Shown here one piece after another: positions 25,662 to 45,790 of a stretch of DNA of 64,000 bases (position 1 is the first letter of the stretch; every line of letters begins with the position of its first letter). This DNA comes from Sedimentisphaerales bacterium. GTDB lineage: Bacteria; Planctomycetota; Phycisphaerae; Sedimentisphaerales; Anaerobacaceae. The translations under genes and the position numbers were made by a program. The notes below the pieces were generated by a model, which worked only from the letters and a program-made list of their open reading frames with translations, had not been told where the DNA came from and searched no databases. The DNA lies in the NCBI GenBank assembly GCA_963708075.1, contig OY970194.1:6976001-7040000 (forward strand). Reading direction: 5' to 3'.

Positions 25662-27926
25662 ATGACTGGGCCACGGTTTCACATCCTTGCACTGGTTTTG
25701 CTCCTGGTATGTGAGTCTCCCGTGTGGACTCAGACTGTCCTCACATCCACAGAGACGCAAGCTGTCACAGGCGGCGAGGTCAACCAGGAACTCGCCCTGA
25801 TCAAGGATCAACTCTTCAACAATAAGGACGCCGCCACGAGAATGAGCGCCGCCAGCGTACTGCTGTTCAAGGATGATCCGGCGGCGAGGGTGCTTGTGCT
25901 GGATGTACTGAAGCAGACGGAGAACCCGGCGGCAAAGACGGCGATCTGCAAAGCCCTTGACCGCTCTCGCAGGGATCCTCGGACGCTGAAGAACAAGGAA
26001 GATTTTCTCCAGCCGTTGCTCGGCATCCTGGGCACGGAAGCGGACCCGGGCGTCGCCAGATCGGCGGCGGAAGCCTCGCTGATGTTCGGCTACGATCAGG
26101 TGCAGGCCGGGCTGGAGGGAATGGCCAACGACAATCAACTGCCCGTGGCGATCCGATCCAATGCCGTGTATGCACTGCAGTTGCACCCCGACAAGAGGGC
26201 AGTCCTCAAGCTGATCGATCTCCTCGGTGACCCGGAAAGCGAAATGGCTCGGGCTGCCGGAGATGCGCTGACCTCATTGGGGATACCGCTTCCCGAGGAC
26301 GCGGAAGGCCGGCGTCGCGCGGCCAGCGACCTTGAGTCACAAGGTCCGGAAACCTACCTGCGCAAACGGCTCGTGCGCAGCGAGGCGGATATTCGGACCT
26401 TGAAGACGGGGATGCAGTTGTGGCAGGATTACTACTTCGCCGCCCTGACGGATTGGTACAGCTCGCTGACGGATGAGGCTGTCAAGATCGCCTTCCTTAC
26501 GGATCGTCTCAAGGCCCCGGAGCCCGAGGTCAAGCTATGGGCTCTTGACCGGATCGAGCAACTCAAGAAGGGCACGAGCAAGCCCAAGCTTTCGGAGGAC
26601 TTTGAGAAAACACTGCTGAGTCTGATTTCGAGCAAGAACAGGCAAGTGCGGCTGCGAACGGCTCGGGTCATGGCTCTCATGTGGGAGCTGAACTCGGCGC
26701 AGCGTCTGCTTCAGCAGTTGCAGGTGGAAGAGGATGCCGATGTAAGGCACGAGTTGTTCATAGCACTTGGCGGGGCCTGTTACTACGCGTCACTGGACAC
26801 TTCGCCATTTAAGATTGCTGATGAGGTGCGTAATGAGACCCTGGAATGGGCTATCCGGTTCCTCAGCGAGCAGCGTGCGGAGCGCGTGCGAAGCGGCGCC
26901 GACGTGATTCGTAAACTCCTGACACAAAATGGCTTAAAGGCGGTGGATACCGGTAAGTATCTCGACACGCTGGCTCAGCGATACCAGCAGGCGACTTCTG
27001 AGGCGAATCACGTCATACGCGGTGAGTTGCTTACCGCTATGGCGGGCTTGTGCAACCAGAGAAGCCTTTGCCGGCTGCAGGCGACGAAACTGTATGGTCC
27101 GCTGTTTGAGCAGGCCCTGGCTGACGGCGAGGAACACCTGCGCGAAGGTGCAGTGGACGGGTTCATCAGTATCGATGGTCAGGCAGCCTTGAAAAAGTTC
27201 AGAAAGACCCTCGTGGATGATCCCAGTGCGTCGGTTCGAGCGACGTTGATCAATCTGGCGGGCGAAGTGGGTGTTTCCGAGGATCTGGACTGGCTGTCGA
27301 AGAAGCTGGGGACCCCCGTCGAAGGCGAGACGGCTTGGAAGGCCATGCTCAAGGTGTTCCCACGCTGCGGGATCGATGTGATGGTCTCGTGGCTTGGCGC
27401 CTTCACGACGCCGCCGCTCCAGGAGAGGCTCTCCCCGGAGCAGAGGATATCCTATTTTATCCTGGTCGAACAAAGGGCCCAAAGTGAGAGTAAAGTAGAT
27501 TTGCTGGCAGAGGCGCGGAAACAACTGGCCCGATCATATACCGCCAGCGGCAATTTCAAGCTGGCTGCCGATTATCTCAGGCTTCTGGAGGAGGCCGCGA
27601 AAGATCAGCAGGAGAAGGACGGTCTGTTATCGGACCGGCTGAATGTGTGTCTTCGATGGCCGAATCTGACCATGGTGGGCGAGATTGTGGACGGCTGTCT
27701 GTCGGCAAGCGACCTTACGGATGACAGTCCCCTGGCCAGATCCATTGACGGTTACCTGAAAGAGCCTCCCCTGGGGGCCGATCCGAATGCGCTGCTGGAA
27801 ACGCTGGTCCGAATCAAGGTCAAGGATCCCGAAGCCCGCCCCGGCTGGCGCGGGTTGCTTCAGCGATGGTGCAAGCCCGTCGCCCGGGCCCGAAGAGACG
27901 GACAGGCCGAGGAGATCAACGACTGA
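25662..27926 (+). CDS. Exported HEAT-repeat protein
   Basis: Signal peptide; repeated L.D.D..VR..A..AL units; TPR-like C-terminal part. Confidence 0.7.
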   Translation: MTGPRFHILALVLLLVCESPVWTQTVLTSTETQAVTGGEVNQELALIKDQLFNNKDAATRMSAASVLLFKDDPAARVLVLDVLKQTENPAAKTAICKALDRSRRDPRTLKNKEDFLQPLLGILGTEADPGVARSAAEASLMFGYDQVQAGLEGMANDNQLPVAIRSNAVYALQLHPDKRAVLKLIDLLGDPESEMARAAGDALTSLGIPLPEDAEGRRRAASDLESQGPETYLRKRLVRSEADIRTLKTGMQLWQDYYFAALTDWYSSLTDEAVKIAFLTDRLKAPEPEVKLWALDRIEQLKKGTSKPKLSEDFEKTLLSLISSKNRQVRLRTARVMALMWELNSAQRLLQQLQVEEDADVRHELFIALGGACYYASLDTSPFKIADEVRNETLEWAIRFLSEQRAERVRSGADVIRKLLTQNGLKAVDTGKYLDTLAQRYQQATSEANHVIRGELLTAMAGLCNQRSLCRLQATKLYGPLFEQALADGEEHLREGAVDGFISIDGQAALKKFRKTLVDDPSASVRATLINLAGEVGVSEDLDWLSKKLGTPVEGETAWKAMLKVFPRCGIDVMVSWLGAFTTPPLQERLSPEQRISYFILVEQRAQSESKVDLLAEARKQLARSYTASGNFKLAADYLRLLEEAAKDQQEKDGLLSDRLNVCLRWPNLTMVGEIVDGCLSASDLTDDSPLARSIDGYLKEPPLGADPNALLETLVRIKVKDPEARPGWRGLLQRWCKPVARARRDGQAEEIND

Positions 27927-28048
27927 GCACAGGCTCAGTCGCCGCCATGAGGCGGGTGGCGGGAGCGTGGAAAGCGGTCAGAGGGGGTGGGCAAGGCGAG
28001 AACTGTGCGGACGCGGAAGGTTTTTTCAATTTTTTTGCTTTTTTCTGG

Positions 28049-28077
28049 TTGCACCGGACGGTCAACTATCTTATATT
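28049..28077 (+). promoter_or_regulatory. Promoter of tRNA-Thr/tuf with upstream T-tracts
   Basis: TTGCAC-N17-TATATT preceded by phased T runs at 28021-28044. Confidence 0.6.
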
Positions 28078-28237
28078 CACTGGTTTACAAGTAGACGCAC
28101 GAACCGGATGGTATGCCTTGCTGCTATCGCACGAATCAAGTGCGAGAGGGTGAGGTTTGTCTTTATGCGTAGGTCGGACTCGGGTTCGGTGCCCTGCGCG
28201 TCGGTTTTGTGACGAGTGTGGCTGGTTTTTCAGTATT

Positions 28238-28310
<73 letters not shown>

Positions 28311-28451
28311 CAGTAAGTGGATCAAGACAAAGTGGTCGGCAAGGGCTGAGTCTGTGTCTTGGTTTTCGGTTGACTACCGAGATTTTCAGGCAGGAGACCA
28401 TAAGGACATGCAAGTAGCTCCTAGAAAGCACATTTGGAGGTTTAGTTAAAG

Positions 28452-29685
<1,234 letters not shown>

Positions 29686-29698
29686 GTGGCTCGTTGTT

Positions 29699-29869
29699 AT
29701 GGCAAAGAAAAAGAGCAAGAGAGAATACGTCTGGCTCGAATGCACCGAGTGCAGCCAGAGGAACTACCGGACTGAGATCAGCGTGGCCGAAGGCGCGCCC
29801 AAGCTGGAACTGAAGAAGTTCTGTGCCAAAGAGCGCAAGCACACTGTCCACAAACTCAGACGCAAGTAG
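29699..29869 (+). CDS. rpmG: 50S ribosomal protein L33
   Basis: Hand translation MAKKKSKREYVWLECTECSQRNYRT…KLELKKFCAKERKHTVHKLRRK. Confidence 0.95.
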   Translation: MAKKKSKREYVWLECTECSQRNYRTEISVAEGAPKLELKKFCAKERKHTVHKLRRK

Positions 29870-29903
29870 AAAATAGAATTGCCTGATTCATGGCAATGGC
29901 AAT

Positions 29904-29978
29904 AGGCCAGTAGCTCAATTTGGCAGAGCGTCGGTTCTCCAAAACCGAAGGTTGGGGGTTCAATTCCCTCCTGGCCTG
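29904..29978 (+). tRNA. tRNA-Trp(CCA), anticodon loop one base too long as read
   Basis: AGGCCAG/CTGGCCT acceptor; TCGGT-TCTCCAAA-ACCGA; between rpmG and secE. Confidence 0.9.
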
Positions 29979-30035
29979 TGTTTGGCGGAGCGCTGTGGCG
30001 ACCTGCCGATGTGAGAGTTGATAGGATTTTCGCCT

Positions 30036-30425
30036 ATGTCGATGCAGATTTATAAGCCCGGACAGGGCAAGTATACGCGGCTGATCAGCGGGATCTCCGT
30101 CGCCGTGATCGTGGCGGCAGGGTGTTGGCGGCTCTACGAGATGCTGGCGGCTACAGACTGGAGCCCGTGGATTATCTTTCTAGTCCCGCTGATTGTCGTT
30201 GTCGCCGCGTGCGTTGGCCTTTACTGGCTGCTGAACAAGCCGGTCGTCGCGGACTTTATGATTGCCGCAGAGGGTGAGTTGAAGAAGGTGAACTGGTCGA
30301 GCCGGAAGGAAGTGGCTGTCTCGACATTTGTGGTGATTATCGTCGTCGTGGTGATGGCGATGCTGCTGGGAGCCACGGACATGGTGTTCCAGCTCATTTT
30401 CGACAGGTTGCTATTACCGGGGTAG
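30036..30425 (+). CDS. secE: Preprotein translocase SecE
   Basis: ELKKVNWSSRKE motif, three TM segments, YKPGQG N-terminus; synteny. Confidence 0.93.
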   Translation: MSMQIYKPGQGKYTRLISGISVAVIVAAGCWRLYEMLAATDWSPWIIFLVPLIVVVAACVGLYWLLNKPVVADFMIAAEGELKKVNWSSRKEVAVSTFVVIIVVVVMAMLLGATDMVFQLIFDRLLLPG

Positions 30426-30652
30426 TGCCGGGAAAGGTTCGGGATACAGCCCGGAGGGAGCCCGTGCAGGCAGGTGTGGAGTCGATTCGCGTGACGTAAG
30501 TCGATTCCGGCCGATTGTTGCGGGGCTGGAAGCGAGCGACAGGAGGCACTGCCGAGGGATGATTCATTTTCGTCGGTAGGCGGCGTTGTTGCCGGGATAC
30601 AAACTGAGTGCCGTAGAGTGATTTTCGTACAGCAGAGACCAAAGGCATCGGG

Positions 30653-31195
30653 ATGCGGTGGTACGTACTAAGAGTCGCAGCCAATAAAGAAATGCAGGTC
30701 AAAGAGGCCCTGGAGCGGAAGGTGGAGCAGGAGGGCCTCAATGATGTGATCGGGCGGATTGAGGTCCCCACCGAGCAGATCAAACGCATCCGGGCCGGCA
30801 AACAGACGGTCCACAAGCGAAAACTGTATCCTGGTTATGTATTCATGGAGATGGAGACCACGGACGACGGCCGCGTGCCGGAGAGGGCGTGGTTCATGAT
30901 CAAGGGCACCGGAGGGGTGGGGGATTTCATCGGCACGGAAGGAATGCCCACGCCCATGCGCGACACGGATGTGGCAAAAATGCTCCTGGATGCGGAGAAG
31001 CCCGAGGAAGCCCCGAGCATCAAGGTGGAATTCAAGAAGGGTGACCACATCAAGATTCGCGAAGGCGCGTTTGAGAATTTCGAGGGTACTGTGGATTCGA
31101 TCGATTCCGAGCGGGGCATCGTCAAAGTGATCGTGACGATCTTTGGGCGAAGCACGCCGCTGGACATTGAATATTGGCAAATTGAGAAGATCTGA
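30653..31195 (+). CDS. nusG: Transcription factor NusG
   Basis: WYVL, LYPGYVF, KOW domain, TIFGRSTP. Confidence 0.97.
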   Translation: MRWYVLRVAANKEMQVKEALERKVEQEGLNDVIGRIEVPTEQIKRIRAGKQTVHKRKLYPGYVFMEMETTDDGRVPERAWFMIKGTGGVGDFIGTEGMPTPMRDTDVAKMLLDAEKPEEAPSIKVEFKKGDHIKIREGAFENFEGTVDSIDSERGIVKVIVTIFGRSTPLDIEYWQIEKI

Positions 31196-31260
31196 GGCCG
31201 GGGCTTTCCCGGCGTCCTTCGGCAGGGTGTTGCAGGATCGTTGTAAGACAAGGGTGGAAG

Positions 31261-31689
31261 ATGGCAAAAAAGGAAATCGCGACAAAAATCAAATTGCAGG
31301 CCCCGGGCGGACAGGCCACGCCGGCGCCGCCCATTGGACCGGCACTCGGGCAACATGGGGTCAATATCGGGCAATTTGTCTCCCAGTTCAACGAGAAGAC
31401 AAAGGACTTCAAGGGCACCATCGTGCCTGTGGTCATCACGGTATACACCGACAGGAGTTTCACCTTTGAGGTAAAAAGTCCGCCGGCAGCCGTGCTGTTG
31501 AAGCAGGCGGCCCAGATCGAGAAGGGCAGCGGGGTTCCCAACAAGGACAAGGTCGGCAAGGTAACCGCAGACCAGGTCCGCAAGATCGCCGAGACCAAGT
31601 TCAAAGACCTCAATGCGTACAGCCTGGAGCAGGCGGAGAAGATCATCCGCGGCACCGCCCGCAGCATGGGGGTGGATGTCGTCGATTAG
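31261..31689 (+). CDS. rplK: 50S ribosomal protein L11
   Basis: [22 protein letters not shown]. Confidence 0.98.
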   Translation: MAKKEIATKIKLQAPGGQATPAPPIGPALGQHGVNIGQFVSQFNEKTKDFKGTIVPVVITVYTDRSFTFEVKSPPAAVLLKQAAQIEKGSGVPNKDKVGKVTADQVRKIAETKFKDLNAYSLEQAEKIIRGTARSMGVDVVD

Positions 31690-31733
31690 GACGGATCCCG
31701 GAGAACGTTTTCGATAGAAATGAGACATCAGGT

Positions 31734-32411
31734 ATGAATACCAAGAGCAAAAGATACAAGAAAGACGCCCAGAAGGTCGGCGAAGAGACCGTCAGCATCA
31801 GCGAGGCTGTCGATAAGGTCAAATCGTTCGAGACGGGCAAGTTCGATCAGACGGTCGAGTGTGTGCTGCTGCTCGGCATCGATCCGAAGCAGGCAGACCA
31901 GCTCGTGCGAGGCTCGTTATCGCTGCCTCATGGCGTGGGCAAGCAGAAACGCGTGATTGCCTTCTGTGAGGACAGCCTGGTAGAAGAGGTGAAAAAGGCC
32001 GGGGCTATTGAGGCCGGCGTGGATGATCTGGTCAAGAAGATCACGGATGGCTGGTCGGATTTCGACGTGGCCATCGCCTCCCCCAAGGTCATGGGCAAAG
32101 TCGGCAAGCTCGGGCGGGTCCTCGGCCCTCAGGGCAAGATGCCTTCCCCCAAGAACGGCACGGTGACGGACGATGTCATCACGGCCGTACGGGAGTTTAC
32201 AGCCGGCAAGATCGAATTCCGGAATGACCCCGGTGGGAACGTCCACGCGGTTGTCGGCAAGCAGAGCTTCGACAAGAAGAAGCTGGTTGAGAACATCGAT
32301 TTCTTCGTCAACCATATCAAGAAGGCCAAGCCGACATCAGCGAAAGGAACCTACATCAAGAAAGCGTGCATATCGGCAACCATGAGTCCCTCCGTCCAGA
32401 TCGCTGTTTGA
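31734..32411 (+). CDS. rplA: 50S ribosomal protein L1
   Basis: LGRVLGPQGKMPSPKNGTV. Confidence 0.98.
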   Translation: MNTKSKRYKKDAQKVGEETVSISEAVDKVKSFETGKFDQTVECVLLLGIDPKQADQLVRGSLSLPHGVGKQKRVIAFCEDSLVEEVKKAGAIEAGVDDLVKKITDGWSDFDVAIASPKVMGKVGKLGRVLGPQGKMPSPKNGTVTDDVITAVREFTAGKIEFRNDPGGNVHAVVGKQSFDKKKLVENIDFFVNHIKKAKPTSAKGTYIKKACISATMSPSVQIAV

Positions 32412-32487
32412 CGGCGGGGCGATTCGACCTTATTCGAGCTTTTTCCTGAACCGATGAGATGACCAATCCGGTTCTACGGGAGAGAAG

Positions 32488-33021
32488 ATGAGCAAGTACG
32501 TAAAAGAGCTGCTTCAGTCTCAATTAGAAAAGAAAGTCCAGGATGAGCAGATTCACGATTTCCTGGTGCTCACGACGAAGGGGGTCGGGGGCGTTGACAA
32601 TAACGTGATGCGTGGCGCCCTGAAGGAAAAGGGCATTCGGGTGCTCGTGATCAAGAATTCGCTGTTCCGGCGGGTCCTGCAGAGCCAGAAGATGGAGCCG
32701 GCGGCCAACCTGCTCAACGGCCCGTGCGCCATTGCCTACGGCGGGGACAGCATCGTCGATGTCGCCAAGGAGATCCTGGACTGGGTCAAGAAGCTCCCGG
32801 TCGTCGAAGTCCGGGGGGCCTTCGTGGAGGGATCTACGTACGACAGCGCCGCGACAACGCAATTGTCCAAGATGCCGACCCGCATCGAGCTGCAGGGCAG
32901 GATCGTCAGTTGTATGCGTTCGCCCGGCGGCATGCTGGCCGGCGCGTTCATGGGTCCGGCGGGCGTTATTGCAGGCTGTCTGAAGGCCATCATCGAGAAG
33001 GCTGAGAAACAGGCCGCTTGA
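32488..33021 (+). CDS. rplJ: 50S ribosomal protein L10
   Basis: [16 protein letters not shown]; synteny. Confidence 0.93.
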   Translation: MSKYVKELLQSQLEKKVQDEQIHDFLVLTTKGVGGVDNNVMRGALKEKGIRVLVIKNSLFRRVLQSQKMEPAANLLNGPCAIAYGGDSIVDVAKEILDWVKKLPVVEVRGAFVEGSTYDSAATTQLSKMPTRIELQGRIVSCMRSPGGMLAGAFMGPAGVIAGCLKAIIEKAEKQAA

Positions 33022-33155
33022 GACGGCACGAGGGTTGTCCCTTCTATCTATTATCAGCGATTACAAACAGCTCATACGGCTGCCCCGAAAGGGTTAAAAC
33101 GGGACGACGGAGTCCTGGCTACCAGAGAGCGATAACTGTATAGGAGTGTATCCAC

Positions 33156-33563
33156 ATGGCAGATGAAACCAGGCAGTGGAATAGTGCGATCAAGGAACTC
33201 GGCGACAAAATCGTTGCGTTGACCTTGATGCAGGCCAAAGAGTTGGCGGATTACCTGAAGGAAGTGTACGGGATCGAGCCGGCGGCCGGCGGCGCCGTGA
33301 TGATGGCGGGCCCGGCGCAGGCAGCGGCTCCGGCCGAAGCGGCGGAGGAAAAGACCACCTTCAACGTCGTCCTCACCGGATTCGGCGAAAAGAAGATCCA
33401 GGTCATCAAGGAAGTGCGAGCCCTGACGGGTCTTGGATTGAAAGAGGCCAAGGACCTGGTGGAAGCCGTTCCGAAGCCGGTGAAGGAAGGCATGAGCAAG
33501 GATGAAGCCGAAGCCGCGAAGAAACAACTGGAAGCCGCAGGAGCCACGGTTGAACTTAAGTAA
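33156..33563 (+). CDS. rplL: 50S ribosomal protein L7/L12
   Basis: [29 protein letters not shown]. Confidence 0.98.
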   Translation: MADETRQWNSAIKELGDKIVALTLMQAKELADYLKEVYGIEPAAGGAVMMAGPAQAAAPAEAAEEKTTFNVVLTGFGEKKIQVIKEVRALTGLGLKEAKDLVEAVPKPVKEGMSKDEAEAAKKQLEAAGATVELK

Positions 33564-33654
33564 ACCTGAGGCGTATCTTCTGAGTATAGAGAATGTGCGC
33601 CAATACGCAAAATCACAGAGGCGAGATCTGATTCCGTTACCAGAGGAGCATTAG

Positions 33655-37412
<3,758 letters not shown>

Positions 37413-37451
37413 ATTTGATTATCGACTTTTGGGATAGTTAGGGGGCTTTCA

Positions 37452-41820
<4,369 letters not shown>

Positions 41821-41850
41821 TTCTATTACTGTTCGAATTGAGATGGGTAT

Positions 41851-42222
41851 ATGCCGACAATCAACCAGTTAGTCAGAAAGCCAAGGGCAAAGTCAAAAAG
41901 GAAGAAACGCGTATCGGACATCAGCGGCTCGCCGCAAAGGCGCGGCGTGTGCCTGATTGTCAGGACCCAGACGCCCAAGAAGCCGAACTCCGCTCTGCGA
42001 AAGGTCGCACGTGTCCGGCTCACCAACGGCAAAGAGGTGACCGCATACATCCCGGGCGTCGACCACAACCTGCAAGAGCATAGCACGGTGCTGATCCGCG
42101 GCGGCCGTGTCAGGGACTTGCCCGGCGTACGCTACCATATCGTTCGTGGCGTGCTGGATTGTGCCGGCGTTGCCAACCGTAAACGAGGCAGGAGTAAGTA
42201 CGGCGCCAAAAAGGCCAAGTAG
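41851..42222 (+). CDS. rpsL: 30S ribosomal protein S12
   Basis: [18 protein letters not shown]. Confidence 0.98.
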   Translation: MPTINQLVRKPRAKSKRKKRVSDISGSPQRRGVCLIVRTQTPKKPNSALRKVARVRLTNGKEVTAYIPGVDHNLQEHSTVLIRGGRVRDLPGVRYHIVRGVLDCAGVANRKRGRSKYGAKKAK

Positions 42223-42272
42223 TCATTCGGCGACATAAATGAGCCGAGAGTTTTGAGGCGATTGAGAGTCTT

Positions 42273-42746
42273 ATGGCCAAAAAGTTCACAGCTTCCACGG
42301 AGCAGTTGGGTCCGGACCCAAAGTACAATAGCAAGCTGGTTTCCAAGTTCATCAACTGCATGATGTGGGCCGGCAAGAAGAACACCGCGCAGAACGTGTT
42401 CTATCAGGCGATGGACATTGTCGCAGGCAAGATCAAGGACGTGCCCCCGCTGGAGGTCTTCGAGACGGCGATCAGCAATGTCAAGCCGATGCTCGAAGTC
42501 CGCAGCAAGCGCGTCGGCGGTGCGAGCTACCAAGTGCCAATGCAGGTGAGTCCGAAGCGCCAGCAGTCGTTGGCTTTCCGCTGGATTCTCCTGTCATCTC
42601 GAGGCAAGAAGGGCAAACCAATGGCGGAGCGTCTGGCCAACGAGTTTGTCGATGCTTACAACAAGCAGGGCGGCGCGATGACTACGCGGGACAACGTGCA
42701 TCGCATGGCCGAGGCCAACAAAGCATTTGCCCACTTTGCGTGGTAG
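42273..42746 (+). CDS. rpsG: 30S ribosomal protein S7
   Basis: RVGGASYQVP, HRMAEANKAFAH. Confidence 0.98.
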   Translation: MAKKFTASTEQLGPDPKYNSKLVSKFINCMMWAGKKNTAQNVFYQAMDIVAGKIKDVPPLEVFETAISNVKPMLEVRSKRVGGASYQVPMQVSPKRQQSLAFRWILLSSRGKKGKPMAERLANEFVDAYNKQGGAMTTRDNVHRMAEANKAFAHFAW

Positions 42747-42760
42747 GAACCTCAGATACT

Positions 42761-42801
42761 ACTGCCACGGTGACCTCTCCGGAGCCCGTGGCAGTTTTTT
42801 T
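42761..42801 (+). terminator. Intrinsic terminator between rpsG and fusA
   Basis: ACTGCCACGG/CCGTGGCAGT 10-bp stem ending in a T7 run. Confidence 0.8.
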
Positions 42802-42887
42802 ATGCATGGATAGAATTGGACGGGTGGATCGGAGAGGGGCCCGCAGGCTTTGGGCAGCGCGAGTGGCAGGGCAGAGATGTTCGGAAG

Positions 42888-44960
42888 ATGGCAAGTCTAG
42901 AGAAAACACGTAATATTGGCATTATGGCGCACATTGATGCCGGCAAGACCACCGTCAGTGAGCGTGTCCTTTATTATACGGGCAAGACGTATAAGATGGG
43001 GGAAGTCCACGACGGCACTGCGGTGATGGACTACCTGGAGGAGGAGCAGCGCAGGGGCATTACGATCACTTCGGCCGCAACCAAGTGCCCGTGGAAGGGC
43101 TTCGACGTCAATCTGATCGATACCCCCGGCCACATCGACTTTACCGCCGAGGTGGAGAGGTCGCTGAGGGTCCTTGACGGCGCCATAGCTGTTTTCGACG
43201 CCAGCGAGGGGGTCCAGGCCCAGAGCGAGACCGTCTGGCGACAGGGCCAGAAGTATGGCCTGCCATGCCTGTGCTTCATCAATAAGATGGACAAGGTCGG
43301 CGCCGACTTCGAGATGAGCATTAAAAGCATCCACGACAAACTGCTGGCCAACCCCGTCTGTGTGGAGATTCCCATAGGCGCCGAGGATTCCTTTACCGGG
43401 ATCATCGACCTGATCGCCATGAAGGCGGTCTTTTACGAGACCGAAGTGATGGGCGCCAAGTTCCACGAGGCGGATATCCCCAGTGAACTCGCGGAAAGAG
43501 CTGCAGAGTACCGGGCCGAGATGATCGAGCGCGTGGCCGAGTATGACGACGAGTTGACGGATGCATTCATCCACGATCAGCCCGCAAATGAGCAATCCAT
43601 CCGAAGAGCCCTGCGGAGGGGCACCATGGCGAACCACGTGAACCCGGTTTTCGTCGGCTCGGCCCTGAAGTATGTCGGTATACAGCGGCTTTTGGACGGA
43701 GTGCTGGACTACTTGCCTTCTCCCTTGGAGAGGCCGGCTATTATCGGACATAAGCCGGATGACGAGTCCAAGGAGATTGAGATACACTGTGATCCTGATG
43801 GAAGCCTGGTAGCGCTGGCATTCAAAATCATCGGCGACGTCCACGGCGACTTGTATTTCCTTCGCATTTACCAGGGGATGCTGAAAACGGGCAGCCGGGT
43901 TCTGAACACCAATCGTGACAAGCGCGAGAATATCATGCGTGTCTTCGAGATGCACGCGAATGAGCGGAGAATCCTGGAATCAGCCCAGGCCGGCGATATT
44001 GTGGCGGTAATCGGTCCAAGGTTCACCCTGACGGGCGACACCCTTTCCGACCCGAAGAAACCGGTTGTTCTGCCCAGTATTACGTTTCCTCAGACGGTCA
44101 TTACGATGTCCATCGAGCCGAGAACGGCGGCGGAAAGGGCCAAATTGGCCGATGCGCTCGACGCGTTGCGGCGGGAAGACCCGACATTCGGCTATAAGAG
44201 CGATAAAGAGACCGGCCAGACCATTATCAGCGGCATGGGAGAACTGCACCTTGAGATCCTCCAGCACAAGCTGGTGAAGGAGAAGAAGGTCGATGTGCGG
44301 GTGGGCAAGCCGCGGGTCGCGTACAAGGAAACCATCACCCAGACCGCCCGGGCGGAGGGCAAGTTCGTCCATCAGGCCGGCGGGCGGGGCCAGTATGGCC
44401 ACGCAGTTCTGGAAGTCAAGCCGCTCATAGCGGAAGATGGCCATTGGGAAGCCAGAATCGACTTTACGGCTGATGTCCCTGGCGATCAGGTGCCGCATGA
44501 GTATGTCGGCGCCGTGGAAAGGGGCGTGAAAGAGGCCGCGGGCAACGGCGTGCTGGCGGGGTATCCGGTGATCGGGGTCCAGGTCAGGCTCATTGGCGGG
44601 TCGTACCACTCGGTGGATTCCTCGGATATTGCATTCGAGCAAGCCGGTGCGTTTGCCTTTGAAAGAGCCCTGAAGGAGGCGGGCCCGGTGCTCTTGGAGC
44701 CCGTAATGCGGGTCCAGGCTGTCGTGCCGGATTCGGGTTTTGGTGCCGTTCAAGCGGATTTGCTGGCCCGGCGGGGCGTGATTACGGATTTCCGGGTCCA
44801 TGGCAATATGCGTGTGATAGACGCAAAAGTGCCCCTGGTGGAGCTTTTCGGCTATTCGAGCGATATCCGGAGCCTTACGGCGGGCCGCGGGACCTTCACC
44901 ATGGAGCCCCTGGCCTATGAGAGAGTGCCTGAACAGGTGGCCAGGGAAGTCATCCTGTAG
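42888..44960 (+). CDS. fusA: Elongation factor G
   Basis: [41 protein letters not shown]. Confidence 0.95.
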   Translation: MASLEKTRNIGIMAHIDAGKTTVSERVLYYTGKTYKMGEVHDGTAVMDYLEEEQRRGITITSAATKCPWKGFDVNLIDTPGHIDFTAEVERSLRVLDGAIAVFDASEGVQAQSETVWRQGQKYGLPCLCFINKMDKVGADFEMSIKSIHDKLLANPVCVEIPIGAEDSFTGIIDLIAMKAVFYETEVMGAKFHEADIPSELAERAAEYRAEMIERVAEYDDELTDAFIHDQPANEQSIRRALRRGTMANHVNPVFVGSALKYVGIQRLLDGVLDYLPSPLERPAIIGHKPDDESKEIEIHCDPDGSLVALAFKIIGDVHGDLYFLRIYQGMLKTGSRVLNTNRDKRENIMRVFEMHANERRILESAQAGDIVAVIGPRFTLTGDTLSDPKKPVVLPSITFPQTVITMSIEPRTAAERAKLADALDALRREDPTFGYKSDKETGQTIISGMGELHLEILQHKLVKEKKVDVRVGKPRVAYKETITQTARAEGKFVHQAGGRGQYGHAVLEVKPLIAEDGHWEARIDFTADVPGDQVPHEYVGAVERGVKEAAGNGVLAGYPVIGVQVRLIGGSYHSVDSSDIAFEQAGAFAFERALKEAGPVLLEPVMRVQAVVPDSGFGAVQADLLARRGVITDFRVHGNMRVIDAKVPLVELFGYSSDIRSLTAGRGTFTMEPLAYERVPEQVAREVIL

Positions 44961-45010
44961 CAAAAGGAAAAATTTTCAGCATTTTTCTCAAATTTCTGGA
45001 TAGGTGGTTG

Positions 45011-45039
45011 TTGACAAGCATTGCCTGTCGTATTAAAGT
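45011..45039 (+). promoter_or_regulatory. S10-operon sigma70 promoter
   Basis: TTGACA-N17-TAAAGT with AT-rich upstream region 44962-44996. Confidence 0.7.
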
Positions 45040-45456
45040 TGAAGTTTTCGGCTGTAGCGAGCATGGCCATGGATGGTTGTGCGATACGTAGTTACGCTGT
45101 GGCATATCTGTGATTGCCATCATGGATGGCGAAATAGGTGCTCTGTTGAATGTCAGGGTTTAGGCAAAGCTGCTGAAAGCTTTGCGAGGTCTCGGATAGA
45201 GCCAACGGACCCTATGCTCTAAGGAAGGCTGTTCAAGCGGTCGGTAACCGCTGAGAAGATCAGCGGCACGCCGGAGTAGTGACGGTGCCTTTCCTGCCCT
45301 TGTTCAAACGAGCGGTTTCGGTGCAGGCCAGAGACCATCTGTCTCGCGCGGAACCGCGATTGTGTATCAATAGCGTCAGATTGTTGAAGCTTGTGCCGGT
45401 GCAGGACCTGTAAGCTCTGTGCCTGAGCACGGAAAGAGGTAGTCCAAAGGGGCATT

Positions 45457-45771
45457 ATGGCTGCCGAAAGCGAAAGAATACGAATCAGGATGGAAGCATA
45501 CGACCATCGAACGCTCGATGCTTCCGCCAAAGAAATCGTTGAGCACGCTCGCAGGACGAATGCACGTGTGAGCGGCCCGGTGCCGTTGCCGACGCGGATT
45601 GAGCGGTACACGGTGTTGCGGAGTCCGCATATCGATAAGAAATCACGCGAGCAGTTCGAGTTGCGTACGCATAAGCGGCTTATCGACATCCATGAGGCGA
45701 ACGCCAGGACAGCCGAAGTGCTGAACCGCCTGGTGGTCCCCGCGGGTGTCTTCGTGAAGATAAAGGCTTAG
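45457..45771 (+). CDS. rpsJ: 30S ribosomal protein S10
   Basis: [21 protein letters not shown]. Confidence 0.98.
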   Translation: MAAESERIRIRMEAYDHRTLDASAKEIVEHARRTNARVSGPVPLPTRIERYTVLRSPHIDKKSREQFELRTHKRLIDIHEANARTAEVLNRLVVPAGVFVKIKA

Positions 45772-45790
45772 TAGCAAAGGACATCCGGTT

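Noticed and set aside
33022..33155. Structured RNA in the rplJ-rplL spacer (also the secE-nusG spacer 30426-30652)
   Set aside because: Only short hairpins; no motif I can recognise without a covariance search.
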